DNA from: Bdellovibrionota bacterium
GTDB taxonomy: Bacteria; Bdellovibrionota_C; UBA2361; JAAYZI01
Direction of reading: 5' to 3'
DNA: 64,000 nucleotides
Assembly: GCA_050950765.1 (NCBI GenBank)
Contig: JBMNIF010000003.1
Coordinates: forward strand, 288,001 to 352,000
The notes under the pieces were generated by a model that saw only the letters and a list, made by a program, of their open reading frames with translations, did not search any database and was not told where the DNA came from. The translations under genes were made by a program, and so were the position numbers. The first letter of the stretch is position 1, and the number at the start of each line of letters is the position of its first letter. Below are positions 20,825 through 31,445 of the stretch, in pieces.

Positions 20825-21313
20825 CTACATTAAAACAAAAAAAAATCGTTAAAGATAAGATTGTGTTTGATTTTTCAATCTTTTCTCCAACAAGATCCCT
20901 AAAAATACTAAGTCGCAAATTAGTATTACAATAGAAGCATTTACACCCTGCCGCAATATCTCTACCTCTCCTCCGCGCATCCAAAAAACCACACTGTTCA
21001 GGTATAAAACACCTTTTCCTAAAATCGTTTCCCCCCGCCTTCCCCCGTCGTTTTTTCACCTTTTTCAGAATCATTTTCGATGACAAGCGTATCGTAATGA
21101 CGTAATATCTCCCCTTCATCAAAGGTTTGGTTGTTGTATAAGCCCCACGCTGATGGGTTACGCGGTTTAAACGTATATATTGTATAACGTGCCATCACGG
21201 TAAAAGGATTCATAAATATTTTTATTACAAACAATGTTTAAAATTCTAAAGATCAATTCAAACACCTATCACACTAAGCAACCTGTAATACATGACCATT
21301 TTGCAGCTAACAT

Positions 21314-22708
21314 TTGGAAGATACTCCTATGAAACAGATTGCTCTACGTATCATTTTACAAATCCTTATTCTTATCGTTCTACCTGCCTGTTCTACCAAA
21401 ACCTCCGTTGTTCCAACAGGAATGCAAGATGATATCTTTCGACCGGATAAAAAGCAGATCGCTAGAGAGGTCGCTAAAGGGTATGAAGCACCACCAATTT
21501 TACACGCTAAAAATATTTTAAGTAGGAACCTTATAAAAAGCTCTTTATATGAGGTACAAGACACTGTCTATAACGACGGTTTTTTAAATCACTACACCAT
21601 CAAAACGGAATGGGGTGATTTTTATGCGGGTGGCACCCAGAAATTAAAGGTTAGACTGAATGAAATTATTGCGATTGATGCGCTAAAGAAGATTTCAACT
21701 CGTGAAGCTGTTGTTACGAGTGCTAAGCAGAGCGGGAAAGCTATCATTATGGCACCGATCAAAACTGTTAAAACGGTGGGGACAGCTATTTTAAATCCTG
21801 CCGCTACGGCTAAAACCGTTATTAGCATCCCTCTTGGGATTGTAGATTTTTTTAAGGGAGCATCAACAAAAGTTTCCAGCAAAATTGATGATGCTAAAGA
21901 AGAATTAGACGAACTAGATGAGAAAGATACTTCAGACTCTAACATTCGGGAGAAGATAATTGATGCGGGGACGAGTTATGCTAAAGATTTTACCGGTTAT
22001 AACAAGCAAGTAAACGAGATTGAAAAACATTTTGGTTTAGATCCTGATTCAGACAATGAGGTCTTGCGCGATGAGATCGAACGGGTGGCAGGTATAAAAA
22101 CCAGCGTAAGCTTTTCAACGATCCTAATTCCGAAGATCCCCATGATATCTGCCATCAGTCAAACTAGCAGCATTATAAAACGTGTTAATAAAATTTCAGT
22201 TTATCAAAACAAGATAATTCAAGCTCAAAAAGTTCATAAAAAGCTATTAGAGATCGGGATAGATGAAGAGACGATTAGAAGGTTTCAGCGATCATCTAAA
22301 TTAACCTCTTCAATGAAAACCAAGATCACGAACAACGTCCTCTTTCTTGATCACGTAGAAAACAGGATTGAAATTATTAGAACGGCGACTTCATTACAGG
22401 ACTATGAAAGCGCTTGGGTTTATTTACAGATAATTGAAGCTTTACCGGCGCTGCATGAACAGAACCGTTTTGTCAGAGTCCTCTCAGGCTTTCCGACTTT
22501 CGTTACTGCCTCTGGCAAAGCTATTATTCCTTTTCCGACAGATTATCTTTTCTGGACGGAGACGTTAGCAACCATCATTAATAATATTGAAAAGCGTATA
22601 AAGAAAGACCGCACTATTACTTCAGTTGAGGTAAGAGTAAGTGGGAAAATTTCTTCACGAGTCTCAAAAGAGCTAAAAAAGAGGGGGATAATCATCAGAT
22701 CGCTTTAA
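21314..22708 (+). CDS. hypothetical lipoprotein
   Basis: hydrophobic signal ending in lipobox-like LPAC; long ORF. Confidence 0.6.
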   Translation: MEDTPMKQIALRIILQILILIVLPACSTKTSVVPTGMQDDIFRPDKKQIAREVAKGYEAPPILHAKNILSRNLIKSSLYEVQDTVYNDGFLNHYTIKTEWGDFYAGGTQKLKVRLNEIIAIDALKKISTREAVVTSAKQSGKAIIMAPIKTVKTVGTAILNPAATAKTVISIPLGIVDFFKGASTKVSSKIDDAKEELDELDEKDTSDSNIREKIIDAGTSYAKDFTGYNKQVNEIEKHFGLDPDSDNEVLRDEIERVAGIKTSVSFSTILIPKIPMISAISQTSSIIKRVNKISVYQNKIIQAQKVHKKLLEIGIDEETIRRFQRSSKLTSSMKTKITNNVLFLDHVENRIEIIRTATSLQDYESAWVYLQIIEALPALHEQNRFVRVLSGFPTFVTASGKAIIPFPTDYLFWTETLATIINNIEKRIKKDRTITSVEVRVSGKISSRVSKELKKRGIIIRSL

Positions 22709-22877
22709 TACCTCTCCCACTCCAAGCCTTTTAGTTTTTGATAAATATATCAAGTAAATATGTTATCATTATAAAGACGTTAATTTTTCCCGTTAAACGG
22801 TTTCATATTTAATTATTTTCTGCTATCCTCTCCCGCGCGCTTTGCACCTATCAGGTGCAAGTTGTGACTTTCTTTAT

Positions 22878-22954
22878 GGTGGCTGTAGTTCAATTGGTAG
22901 AGCACTGGATTGTGGTTCCAGGCGTTGTGGGTTCGAGCCCCATCAGCCACCCCA
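22878..22954 (+). tRNA. tRNA-His(GTG)
   Basis: GGTGGCTG..TGGAT-TGTGGT-TCCA anticodon arm, GTTCGAG T-loop, encoded G-1 and CCA; 77 nt. Confidence 0.97.
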
Positions 22955-23187
22955 TTCATCACCCCGCAGGATGCACTGGATGCAGGTTTGTGATTCTCTC
23001 TTAAAAATCCCCGCAAAAAGCAGGTAATTCGTTAGTCCTGTTTGTGTTTTTGGGTGTCGGCTGTGCATCCACCGAATTCTTGAATCCTCATTAAATTTCA
23101 GGAAATTTCAGAAATTGGATGCAAAATGGCTGCATGTGCATCAGGGGTGTTTTCTAAAAGTGGGTGCAGAGGATGCAAGCGGGGGGA

Positions 23188-23736
23188 TTAACCCTTTCCA
23201 CCCAGTTTTTGCGGTAGATTCTCTCTTAGCAGCTCAAACTCTTCAGGGGTGAAGGTAAGCTCGATTTCAACCCCTTCTTGTTTACCAGCGTCAGCTTCAA
23301 GAATCTTAGCTTTGAGACTGCTCTCAATCTCTTTCTGTTTTACTGACGGTTTCTCGCGCTCAGGCGCTTTAAGGCGAGTATAAACCGACCAGATCGCATC
23401 AAGCGGTATAGAGTCTGGGTTATTGCGAATTTCAGGGGGTAAAACAGACCAGAATTCTTCATTGTCGGGGTAGACCGTTATGAAGTTGGTAATGACCTTC
23501 TTAATGCGGTTTTTATCAAGGTGCGGTCGCTCTTCGTCTCTGGTCAGCTCAAAAAAGAAGTATTGAACAAGCTGATCTATGACCCTGGCAGAGGGTACTA
23601 CATCAGGGTGGTTCACTAGCCTCGATAGAGCGTTCTTATCGCACCCGCTACCCGCTGAAACCTCTTTCAGGGTGTATTTTCGACCCTTCTGAGCATGTAA
23701 ATCATCTAATAATTTCAATATGTTAAGGCGAATCAT
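23188..23736 (-). CDS. Cro/C1-type HTH regulator (putative element repressor)
   Basis: N-terminal HTH YTLKEVSAGSGCDKNALSRLVN; divergent from xis-int. Confidence 0.65.
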   Translation of the reverse strand: MIRLNILKLLDDLHAQKGRKYTLKEVSAGSGCDKNALSRLVNHPDVVPSARVIDQLVQYFFFELTRDEERPHLDKNRIKKVITNFITVYPDNEEFWSVLPPEIRNNPDSIPLDAIWSVYTRLKAPEREKPSVKQKEIESSLKAKILEADAGKQEGVEIELTFTPEEFELLRENLPQKLGGKG

Positions 23737-23765
23737 AGTATTTCAAGAAATTTTAAAACAATGTC

Positions 23766-23870
23766 TTGACAACAACCTATAAATGAGATATTATAATAAT
23801 AGAGGTTAAAACAAAGCAAATGAGAATAACCTCTAATATAATGATAATATCATAGAACATGATTTGTCAA
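23766..23870. promoter_or_regulatory. promoters for the divergent repressor and xis-int genes, with candidate operators
   Basis: TTGACA(23766)-17-TATTAT on +; TTGACA on - at 23865-23870; inverted repeat TAGAGGTTA/TAACCTCTA (23800/23827); direct repeat AAATGAGA. Confidence 0.5.
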
Positions 23871-23895
23871 GGGTTAAAAACTGAGGTTGTTGAAG

Positions 23896-24072
23896 ATGGA
23901 AACAAAAGAACTGCTGACCGCACAAGAAGCCGCAGACATGCTCTCAATGAGCGTCAATGCGTTTCGCATCTTTGTTCACCGCTACGGTAACAAGATTAAG
24001 CGGGTCAAGCTCGGTAAGCGAAAGACCTACTACCTGCGAGACAGCATTCTCGCTCTTCTCGAAGTGGTCTGA
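23896..24072 (+). CDS. excisionase-like HTH (HTH_17/AlpA-like)
   Basis: LLTAQEAADMLSMS..KLGKRKTYY; directly upstream of the integrase. Confidence 0.75.
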   Translation: METKELLTAQEAADMLSMSVNAFRIFVHRYGNKIKRVKLGKRKTYYLRDSILALLEVV

Positions 24073-24119
24073 TCTTTCGCTGGTTTTTGTTCTGGTTTTT
24101 TTGAAGTGAGGTTTTGATT

Positions 24120-25196
24120 ATGGCAATTCGAGCGATTAAAAAAGATGGAAAGACAGTCGGGTATGATGTTCAGGTTTCAGCGCGTCATCCGCTGACCAAA
24201 GACCGCAAATTCTTACGACGAAGAGCAAAGAACAAATGGGAAGCAAGTCAGCTTGAGACTGCTCTGAAGCAAGAGCTTCACGACAAAATCAACGGCATTG
24301 AAATGCCGACCTGGAGTGAGCTGGTAGCTGCTTACGAAGCACACTGTCTCATTAATAAAGCAGCGTCAACCAGACACAACGAGCTTTCAATTCTCGGTCA
24401 TCATGCAAACCCGCATCTGCATCTGAAGTTCGTTGATAAGATCACCGAAGCAGATGTCCGCGAGATTCTCAGTCGGGTGGATTCTGACAAGTCTCTTAGT
24501 CTGAAGCACAACATCAGAAAGTGTTTAGCGAATGTTTTCAGCTACGCAATTGATTGCCGATACATTACTGACAACCCATGCCGAAGAGTAAAGCTACAGA
24601 AGATACCAGAACCAACGCTTAATATTCTTACCGACGAACAGATCAAGATCTTTCTGAAAAAAGCTGAAAGCTCTGGTGCTGAGTGGTTTCCAATTTGGGC
24701 GATTGCAATTTACACAGGTTTAAGAAGCGGCGAGCTGATTGCTCTTCGCTACCGACACATTGACCACAATGCTGGAAAACCAGTTATCAAAGTTCAAGAG
24801 AGCTGGACAAAGCAGGGTGGTTATAAACCCTATACCAAAAACAAGAGAGTAAGAACTGTACCAATCAATAAAGAGGTTCAGAGAATCATCGATCAGCTAA
24901 AAGCTGCTAATCCGAACGACTGCGGTCCTGATGACTTTGTCCTGCCGCAGATACCGACCTGGAAACAGGGTGATGCTGCTAAAGACCTGAGAGCATTTCT
25001 TCAGGGCTGCGGTCTGCCAGCAATAAGATTTCATGACCTTCGTGCTTGTTTCATTTCTCAGTGCTTGCTGCACGGCATTCAGCCGTCAGTGGTAATGAAA
25101 ATGGTCGGACATGGGGACATGAAAACCATGATGAGATATTGCCGACACACTGGTTCTGATGTGATTGGTCAGACTGATGTGTTGGATTTTTCGTGA
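24120..25196 (+). CDS. tyrosine recombinase/integrase
   Basis: catalytic R (GLRSGE), K, HDLR, GH, Y (TMMRY); N-terminal arm-binding-like region. Confidence 0.95.
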   Translation: MAIRAIKKDGKTVGYDVQVSARHPLTKDRKFLRRRAKNKWEASQLETALKQELHDKINGIEMPTWSELVAAYEAHCLINKAASTRHNELSILGHHANPHLHLKFVDKITEADVREILSRVDSDKSLSLKHNIRKCLANVFSYAIDCRYITDNPCRRVKLQKIPEPTLNILTDEQIKIFLKKAESSGAEWFPIWAIAIYTGLRSGELIALRYRHIDHNAGKPVIKVQESWTKQGGYKPYTKNKRVRTVPINKEVQRIIDQLKAANPNDCGPDDFVLPQIPTWKQGDAAKDLRAFLQGCGLPAIRFHDLRACFISQCLLHGIQPSVVMKMVGHGDMKTMMRYCRHTGSDVIGQTDVLDFS

Positions 25197-25214
25197 TAAA
25201 CTTTTGGAGTTAAA

Positions 25215-25526
25215 ATGATGAATACTAAATCTGATTTGAAATCATTTATTGAGCACATTGATTCCCAAGCTGACTGTGTTGTTGACGCTGTTTCTGTCGT
25301 TATAAATCTGTGCATTAAGGCGACCAAGGAAATCTATGCGATGAGCGACATAGAGATTGATGATAAGCAGTGTCTATTAATACTTCGAGCATCTGGTAGC
25401 GATGCTCATGGAATCATATATGCTTACAATCGTTTCAGTAATTATCTGTTGGCTTGTAGTAAAGAAGAGCTTTTGGCTCTCAAAGAGAAAGTTGAAAGCC
25501 TCTTTCCAACAATCGCTGAAGGCTAA
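25215..25526 (+). CDS. hypothetical protein
   Basis: GGAG RBS; co-oriented with int. Confidence 0.5.
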   Translation: MMNTKSDLKSFIEHIDSQADCVVDAVSVVINLCIKATKEIYAMSDIEIDDKQCLLILRASGSDAHGIIYAYNRFSNYLLACSKEELLALKEKVESLFPTIAEG

Positions 25527-25889
25527 TTCAAACAGATACGAACAGATTATTTTCGCAGATATCTTATGAAGATAGATGCACAAGAAGAAGTAATGTTCTT
25601 TTTGAGGGCACAAAGGAAAGAATGGGAAAAGACATTGAAGTTCTCTTTGTTTGCCTATCAAGAAGCGATTGGCTATGACGACGGTCGCTTTTTATGCTGA
25701 CTGTGATTGCGAGTGTGAATCTGGGGAGCTTTGTGATGAATGCGGCTTATACCATGACTGAGAAGAGTGCATTTCTTGAAAAATATTACTTATGTTTTGA
25801 ATGAAACAGGGGGAAATGACTGAGATCTCATGTCCCGTTTGTATAAATAATGTATAAAAACAAATTCATAAAAAAGGGGTATCCGTTCC

Positions 25890-26504
25890 ATGTCTGATGC
25901 ATATTCCGATCTGCCGGTTCGTGATTTCCTCGTTGAAGCCAAGAGACTTGATCCAAACGACACGCGGCTTGAAATATACGATGCTATTCAAGCCGCCGTG
26001 TCGAAAATGGTTCCATGGATCCATTTGACGATTACAACATCCACAGGCTCGGCGGATGAAGTCCTGATGGAAAGTCTTTGCCGCCGTTTTGCTCATCAGC
26101 TCCAACGGACAGTTCTCGGCATGAGAAAAAAAAGTAAGATTCCAATACTTACAGTTCTGGAAAAAAATCCAAACGGTGCATGGCATGCCCATTTCCTGAT
26201 TGGAAAAATTGAAGGCAGCCAGCGATTGCGAAATGCCACAACTTTTAAACATTACATTCAGAAACAACCATTGTCCGCCGTGGTCAAAATTTTAAATCGC
26301 CTGACTTATTATGACAGCAGCAGAAAAAAGCCGGGAAGAATTGGTAAATCTTATATTAATCCAGTGTATTTTAAGGAGGGCTTAGTTGATTACTTACTAA
26401 AGAAAAGCAAGCTCAATCTTCTTAATGTAGCATGGATGGCTTGCAATATCCGATTTCAAGTGTACGAGGTTTCCGTTTATCCGATATGCGAGAAACTTCC
26501 GTGA
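25890..26504 (+). CDS. HUH-superfamily Rep/relaxase-like endonuclease
   Basis: motif 1-like HLTIT, motif 2 E..PNGAWHAHFLI, motif 3 DYLLK. Confidence 0.6.
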   Translation: MSDAYSDLPVRDFLVEAKRLDPNDTRLEIYDAIQAAVSKMVPWIHLTITTSTGSADEVLMESLCRRFAHQLQRTVLGMRKKSKIPILTVLEKNPNGAWHAHFLIGKIEGSQRLRNATTFKHYIQKQPLSAVVKILNRLTYYDSSRKKPGRIGKSYINPVYFKEGLVDYLLKKSKLNLLNVAWMACNIRFQVYEVSVYPICEKLP

Positions 26505-26600
26505 TCTTGCTGGTGTAACCGTCATATCCAACATTTAGCACGGCTCATTATTCCATAGAACTTGAGTGAGAGGGTTGGAGAATGGATTTTTTTAAAGGTG

Positions 26601-26629
26601 ACGAGTCCCTTGTTGGACTCGTTTTTTTT
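26601..26629 (+). terminator. intrinsic terminator after the rep-like gene
   Basis: ACGAGTCC-CTTGTT-GGACTCGT followed by a T-run. Confidence 0.7.
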
Positions 26630-26724
26630 GCGTCTGGGTATTTGGGTAGATAAGAAGATAAACAGTATAGCCAACAGAATGATCCGCTAAATACAGATGA
26701 GATACATAGTGCCAACAAAGGTAA

Positions 26725-26970
26725 ATGACGATGCAAAAAGCCAAATCAAATTACACACAGATCAGATTATTACTTCCAGAGGAATGGGTGCCAGAGCTTG
26801 ATAATCTTGCAGCCTCCAGATTCTTAAGCCGTTTGGGTCTCATACGCTTTTATCTCAGAGCCGGACTGGATGAAGATCTATCACAATTTGCCGAGCACCT
26901 GCGACTTAAAGACGAGCAAAAGCGGATTCATGCACATATCGCCGAACAATTGGAAGATCGGGAGTGGTAA
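26725..26970 (+). CDS. ribbon-helix-helix/CopG-like small protein
   Basis: TQIRLLLPEEWVPELDNLA...SRLGLIRFYL pattern. Confidence 0.5.
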   Translation: MTMQKAKSNYTQIRLLLPEEWVPELDNLAASRFLSRLGLIRFYLRAGLDEDLSQFAEHLRLKDEQKRIHAHIAEQLEDREW

Positions 26971-27170
26971 AGATGTCCAAAAGAATTTCCAAATCAGATG
27001 CACTTAGAATACTCAATGCCGCAGATGCTCTTGAGGTAATTCAAGAGACAGTAGATCGGAAGGAAACTTCAGCAGCTAAAAAATCCAAACTCAACCGTTT
27101 TGCCGCCGATGTCCAAAAACAAATTAATGAAGAGAGAGATGTGATCCTGATATCCATAAAGGTAAAGTAG
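26964..27170 (+). CDS. hypothetical protein
   Basis: operon-like overlap with neighbours. Confidence 0.45.
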   Translation: MVKMSKRISKSDALRILNAADALEVIQETVDRKETSAAKKSKLNRFAADVQKQINEERDVILISIKVK

Positions 27171-27171
27171 T

Positions 27172-27531
27172 ATGAAAAGCCTCCAGCAGTATATCACAGA
27201 TTTAGAAAATAACGGCGCCGGCGTCATTCAAGAAAGCATTGTCGGCAAGGGGTATGCGATTTCACAGAACCGGGCGCATGGTGCTAGCAAAAATAAACTA
27301 CAGAGTATCGCTTCCAAAATTCAGTCCGAAGCCAGAAAAGGAATATCAGAAGATGATCCTGAAAAGCGCCAGCAGATTGTCTTCACTCTCTTTATTGAAC
27401 TCGGAAACGCGCTTAAAGTTTTGGCAGAGATGTCCCGTAATACAATAAATGTCAGCACTGCCGGAGTGCTTGACCAGGAGAGCATTAAGAAAGCCCTTGA
27501 GCCCATCACCCGGAAAGCCACACGCCGCTAA
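27172..27531 (+). CDS. hypothetical protein
   Basis: starts 1 nt after the previous stop. Confidence 0.5.
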   Translation: MKSLQQYITDLENNGAGVIQESIVGKGYAISQNRAHGASKNKLQSIASKIQSEARKGISEDDPEKRQQIVFTLFIELGNALKVLAEMSRNTINVSTAGVLDQESIKKALEPITRKATRR

Positions 27532-27715
27532 GCCTTCAAAGAATCAAAAACCGCATTATTTCGGCATATTACATCTTCAAAGCGCCGGTAGTCCGAGGCT
27601 TATGCTGCTATAACCCACTAAATCCATTGACTTTTCCATAGTACGATGCTTCAATTAAGCCCAATTCAGTTCTACTAAGATCAATTAGACAGAACCAACA
27701 AAGATAAGGGCATTA

Positions 27716-27922
27716 ATGAAAGCCAAAGACACAGCCGAGCAGTGGGTGTCGGTCGAGCAGATTGCAGAGCATTTGGGCGTTAAGTCTTTCACCATCTACA
27801 AGTGGCTTGAGCGCAAGAATATGCCGGCGCATAAAGTCGGAAGACTCTGGCGCTTTAAGATTTCTGAGGTTGATCAGTGGGTTCGGGATGGTGGAGCTGC
27901 TGAAGATAAGGAAAGGGATTAA
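27716..27922 (+). CDS. excisionase-family HTH_17 DNA-binding protein preceding hsdM
   Basis: WVSVEQIAEHLGV..TIYKW...PAHKVGRLWRF..SEVDQW. Confidence 0.85.
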   Translation: MKAKDTAEQWVSVEQIAEHLGVKSFTIYKWLERKNMPAHKVGRLWRFKISEVDQWVRDGGAAEDKERD

Positions 27923-27924
27923 GT

Positions 27925-30072
27925 ATGGATTATGGGCAACACTCTTCAATTGTAAGTTTCATCTGGAACATAGCGGATGATGTTTTGCGGGATGTTTATG
28001 TCCGAGGCAAATATAGAGATGTCATTTTGCCGATGACGGTTCTAAGGCGTCTGGATGCGGTGCTTGAGCCCACCAAGCAAGCTGTCCTTGACATGAAAAA
28101 AAAGCTCGATGATGCCAAAATTGCAAATCAAGAAGCCGCATTGCAGGAAGCTGCTGGTCAGGCATTTTATAATACTTCACAGTTTTCCCTTCGTGACCTG
28201 AAGGCGAGAGCAACACAGCAGAAACTTAAATCAGATTTTGAAGATTACCTGGACGGTTTCTCCTCTAATGTCCAAGACATTGTTGAAAACTTTGAATTCA
28301 GAGCACAGCTAACAAAACTTTCCAAAGCTGATGCACTTGGATCGCTGGTTGAAAAGTTCACTGATTCCTCTATTAATCTCAGTCCGAATCCAGTCTTAAA
28401 TTCTGACGGAACTGTTCGCCTGCCAGGGCTTGATAATCATGCCATGGGGACGGTTTTTGAAGAGTTAATTCGAAAATTCAATGAAGAGAACAACGAAGAA
28501 GCCGGAGAGCACTTTACGCCGCGAGATGTTGTAAAGCTTATGGCTGATATGATCTTTTTGCCGGTTGCAAAGGAAATTCGATCTGGAACTTATCTTGTGT
28601 ATGACGGTGCCTGCGGAACTGGCGGAATGCTGACAGTTGCCGAAGAGCGGCTAAAAGAACTGGCAAAAGAGCATAAGAAGGATGTCTCGATTCACCTCTT
28701 TGGACAGGAGATCAACGCTGAAACCTATGCCATCTGTAAAGCCGATCTGCTCCTAAAAGGTGAAGGTGTGGCTGCTGATAACATTATCGGCGGCAGTGAT
28801 AAGTCAACTCTTTCCAACGATGCCTTTCCTTCAAAAGAATTTGACTTCATGCTTTCAAATCCACCTTATGGGAAAAGCTGGAAAACTGACCTTGAACGAA
28901 TGGGCGGCAAAAAAGATATCCGTGATGCACGCTTTGTTATTGAGCATAACGGTGATCCCGAATTCAATATGCTGACCCGCTCAAGCGATGGGCAGTTGAT
29001 GTTTCTGGTAAACATGCTTTCTAAGATGAAGCACAAGACGCCGCTTGGAAGTAGAATCGCGGAAGTCCATAACGGTTCATCCCTGTTTACAGGGGATGCC
29101 GGTCAGGGTGAAAGTAATATCCGCCGCTGGATTCTTGAAAATGACTGGCTTGAGGCTATTGTGGCTCTGCCGCTTAATATCTTTTATAACACCGGCATTG
29201 CCACCTACATCTGGATCTTAAGCAATAAGAAAGCCCCGGAGCGTAAAGGCAAAGTCCAGCTAATTGACGCCACAAACTGGTTTAAGGCGCTTAGAAAGAA
29301 TCTTGGAAAGAAAAACTGCGAACTCGGTGCGGAGGACATTCAGCGAATTAACGATGTATTCTTAGGCTTTAAAGAAACGGAAGAATCGAAGATCTTTAGA
29401 AACGAGGATTTTGGCTACTGGAAAGTTACAGTCGAAAGACCTCTTCGGCTTAGTGTATCGCTTGATGAGGAAGCTCTTTCTGCTTTCGAAAAAGCCTGCG
29501 CCGATGCAAAAGAGAAGAAACTATATGAACTGATTGCCGGGGTTGCTAAGAATCTTGGCGCAGGTCCGCATAAGAATTACAATCTCTTTCTTGACGAAGT
29601 TCAGGAAGCCGCGAAAGCGGCAGACATTAAACTTTCCGCTAAAGCAATAAAGCTCATTCAAACTTCTCTTGCCGTAAAAGACGAGACAGCCGAGCCGGTA
29701 ATCAAGAAGATTCACAAAGCAGGCAAAGCAGAGCCAAATCCGCTGGAGGGTCGCTTCGGGATAAAGATCGCTGGAAAGGATACGGTTGTTGAGTATGAGC
29801 CTGACAGTGATCTGCGTGATACAGAGCAGGTGCCTTTACTTGAAGAGGGTGGAATTGAAGCATTTATCAAACGAGAAGTGCTGCCGCATGTTCCCGACGC
29901 CTGGGTTGATATTGACGGTAAAAAGATCGGTTATGAGATCAATTTCAATCGGTATTTTTATAAGCCACAGAAGTTGAGGACACTGGAGGAGATTAAGGCG
30001 GATATTTTTGCTCTTGAGCGGGAGACGGAAGGTTTGTTGCAGCAAATTGTAGGGGAGGCATCAGCGTCATGA
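27925..30072 (+). CDS. hsdM: type I R-M methyltransferase subunit
   Basis: FIWNIADDVLR, GEHFTPR, YDGACGTGG, NPPY. Confidence 0.95.
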   Translation: MDYGQHSSIVSFIWNIADDVLRDVYVRGKYRDVILPMTVLRRLDAVLEPTKQAVLDMKKKLDDAKIANQEAALQEAAGQAFYNTSQFSLRDLKARATQQKLKSDFEDYLDGFSSNVQDIVENFEFRAQLTKLSKADALGSLVEKFTDSSINLSPNPVLNSDGTVRLPGLDNHAMGTVFEELIRKFNEENNEEAGEHFTPRDVVKLMADMIFLPVAKEIRSGTYLVYDGACGTGGMLTVAEERLKELAKEHKKDVSIHLFGQEINAETYAICKADLLLKGEGVAADNIIGGSDKSTLSNDAFPSKEFDFMLSNPPYGKSWKTDLERMGGKKDIRDARFVIEHNGDPEFNMLTRSSDGQLMFLVNMLSKMKHKTPLGSRIAEVHNGSSLFTGDAGQGESNIRRWILENDWLEAIVALPLNIFYNTGIATYIWILSNKKAPERKGKVQLIDATNWFKALRKNLGKKNCELGAEDIQRINDVFLGFKETEESKIFRNEDFGYWKVTVERPLRLSVSLDEEALSAFEKACADAKEKKLYELIAGVAKNLGAGPHKNYNLFLDEVQEAAKAADIKLSAKAIKLIQTSLAVKDETAEPVIKKIHKAGKAEPNPLEGRFGIKIAGKDTVVEYEPDSDLRDTEQVPLLEEGGIEAFIKREVLPHVPDAWVDIDGKKIGYEINFNRYFYKPQKLRTLEEIKADIFALERETEGLLQQIVGEASAS

Positions 30073-31445
30073 AACTAGCGCCTTATTCCCGTTATTCGCA
30101 GGTTGGTCTTCCGTGGCTGAAGCAGCTTCCAGAAGGATGGGAGCTTCGGCGAGCCAAGTTTGTTTTTGATGCAATCGATATTCGTTCAGAGACAGGAGAA
30201 GAGGAAATCTTAACTGTATCTTCAAGCGATGGAGTGGTCCCGCGTAGTCAGAAAAATGTTACAATGTTTATGGCAGAGTCATATGTGGGGCACAAGCTAT
30301 GCTGGGCGGGTGATTTGGTGATTAACAGCCTTTGGGCTTGGGCTAAGGGTTTAGGCTTTGCTCGACAACACGGGCTTGTAAGCTCAGCATATGGCGTCTA
30401 TCGCTTGAAAAAGCCGTATCAGGCATATGAAAACTTCCTTCATTATGCTTTGCGTTCTATGGCATATGACTGGGAGTTCCGTGTGCGTTCTAAAGGGATT
30501 TGGACATCGCGTCTCCAATTAACGGACGATTCTTTCTTTAATATTCCAATTATTCTCCCCCCTCCCGACGAACAACAAAAAATCGTCAACTTCATCCAGC
30601 AGCAAGACCGCCGCATTCGGTGGTTTATTCGGAATAAGCGGAGGTTGATTGAGTTGTTGCGGGAAAGAAGGAGAGGTGTTTGCAGCAAGGCGACTGGTAA
30701 AGGGGTAAATTCGGAAGCCCCCATGATACAGAGCGATTTTCCGTGGATTGGAGAGGTGCCAGCCCACTGGAAGATTACACGAGTAAAGAATGAGTTTTTG
30801 TGTTTGAACAATAAGAGAGTGCCGTTAAGTGCAACCGTTCGAGGCGAAATGACATCCCGTAATTACGACTATTACGGAGCCTCCGGCGTTATTGATAAAG
30901 TTGATGATTATCTCTTTGACGATGAACTGTTACTTGTCGCAGAAGATGGCGCCAATCTTGTTCTGAGAAATTTGCCTTTGGCAATAATTGCCAAGGGGAA
31001 ATTTTGGGTTAACAATCATGCTCATATTCTAAAACCCAAGGATGGGAACCTTGAATACCTAGCACTTGTATTGGAGCGATTGAACTATCTGCCATGGATT
31101 ACAGGTGCTGCCCAGCCAAAGCTAACCAAAGATCGACTACTTGCTATTCCTATCGCCCTTCCTGATTCGAGAGAGCAAATGTTGATAATGGATAGCATCA
31201 AAGGAGAACTAGAACCGTTAGATGCCAGCATAAGTCAAGCCAACTCCGAGTTAAAGCTAATGGGTGAATACCGCTCCCGCCTCATCGCCGATTCCGTTAC
31301 CGGCAAAATAGATCTTAGAAGTGTATCCCTCGAAGCTGCGGCAGACGAAATCGAAGAAGACCTGACCGAGATCTCAGAAAACGGCTTTGAGGATATGCCG
31401 GAAGACGAGGCGGAGCTTGAAGAGGAGACTGCTTATGCCAACTGA
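30069..31445 (+). CDS. hsdS: type I R-M specificity subunit
   Basis: two TRDs with conserved PPPDEQQKI and WIGEVPAHW regions; VTGKID. Confidence 0.92.
   Translation: MKLAPYSRYSQVGLPWLKQLPEGWELRRAKFVFDAIDIRSETGEEEILTVSSSDGVVPRSQKNVTMFMAESYVGHKLCWAGDLVINSLWAWAKGLGFARQHGLVSSAYGVYRLKKPYQAYENFLHYALRSMAYDWEFRVRSKGIWTSRLQLTDDSFFNIPIILPPPDEQQKIVNFIQQQDRRIRWFIRNKRRLIELLRERRRGVCSKATGKGVNSEAPMIQSDFPWIGEVPAHWKITRVKNEFLCLNNKRVPLSATVRGEMTSRNYDYYGASGVIDKVDDYLFDDELLLVAEDGANLVLRNLPLAIIAKGKFWVNNHAHILKPKDGNLEYLALVLERLNYLPWITGAAQPKLTKDRLLAIPIALPDSREQMLIMDSIKGELEPLDASISQANSELKLMGEYRSRLIADSVTGKIDLRSVSLEAAADEIEEDLTEISENGFEDMPEDEAELEEETAYAN

Noticed and set aside
21019..21234. Short ORF with PSAWGLY, resembling an FGE-sulfatase motif
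   Set aside because: Only a few residues match; no other support
22813..23027. ORFs 22813-23016 and 22842-23027
   Set aside because: Shadows of tRNA-His and the att region
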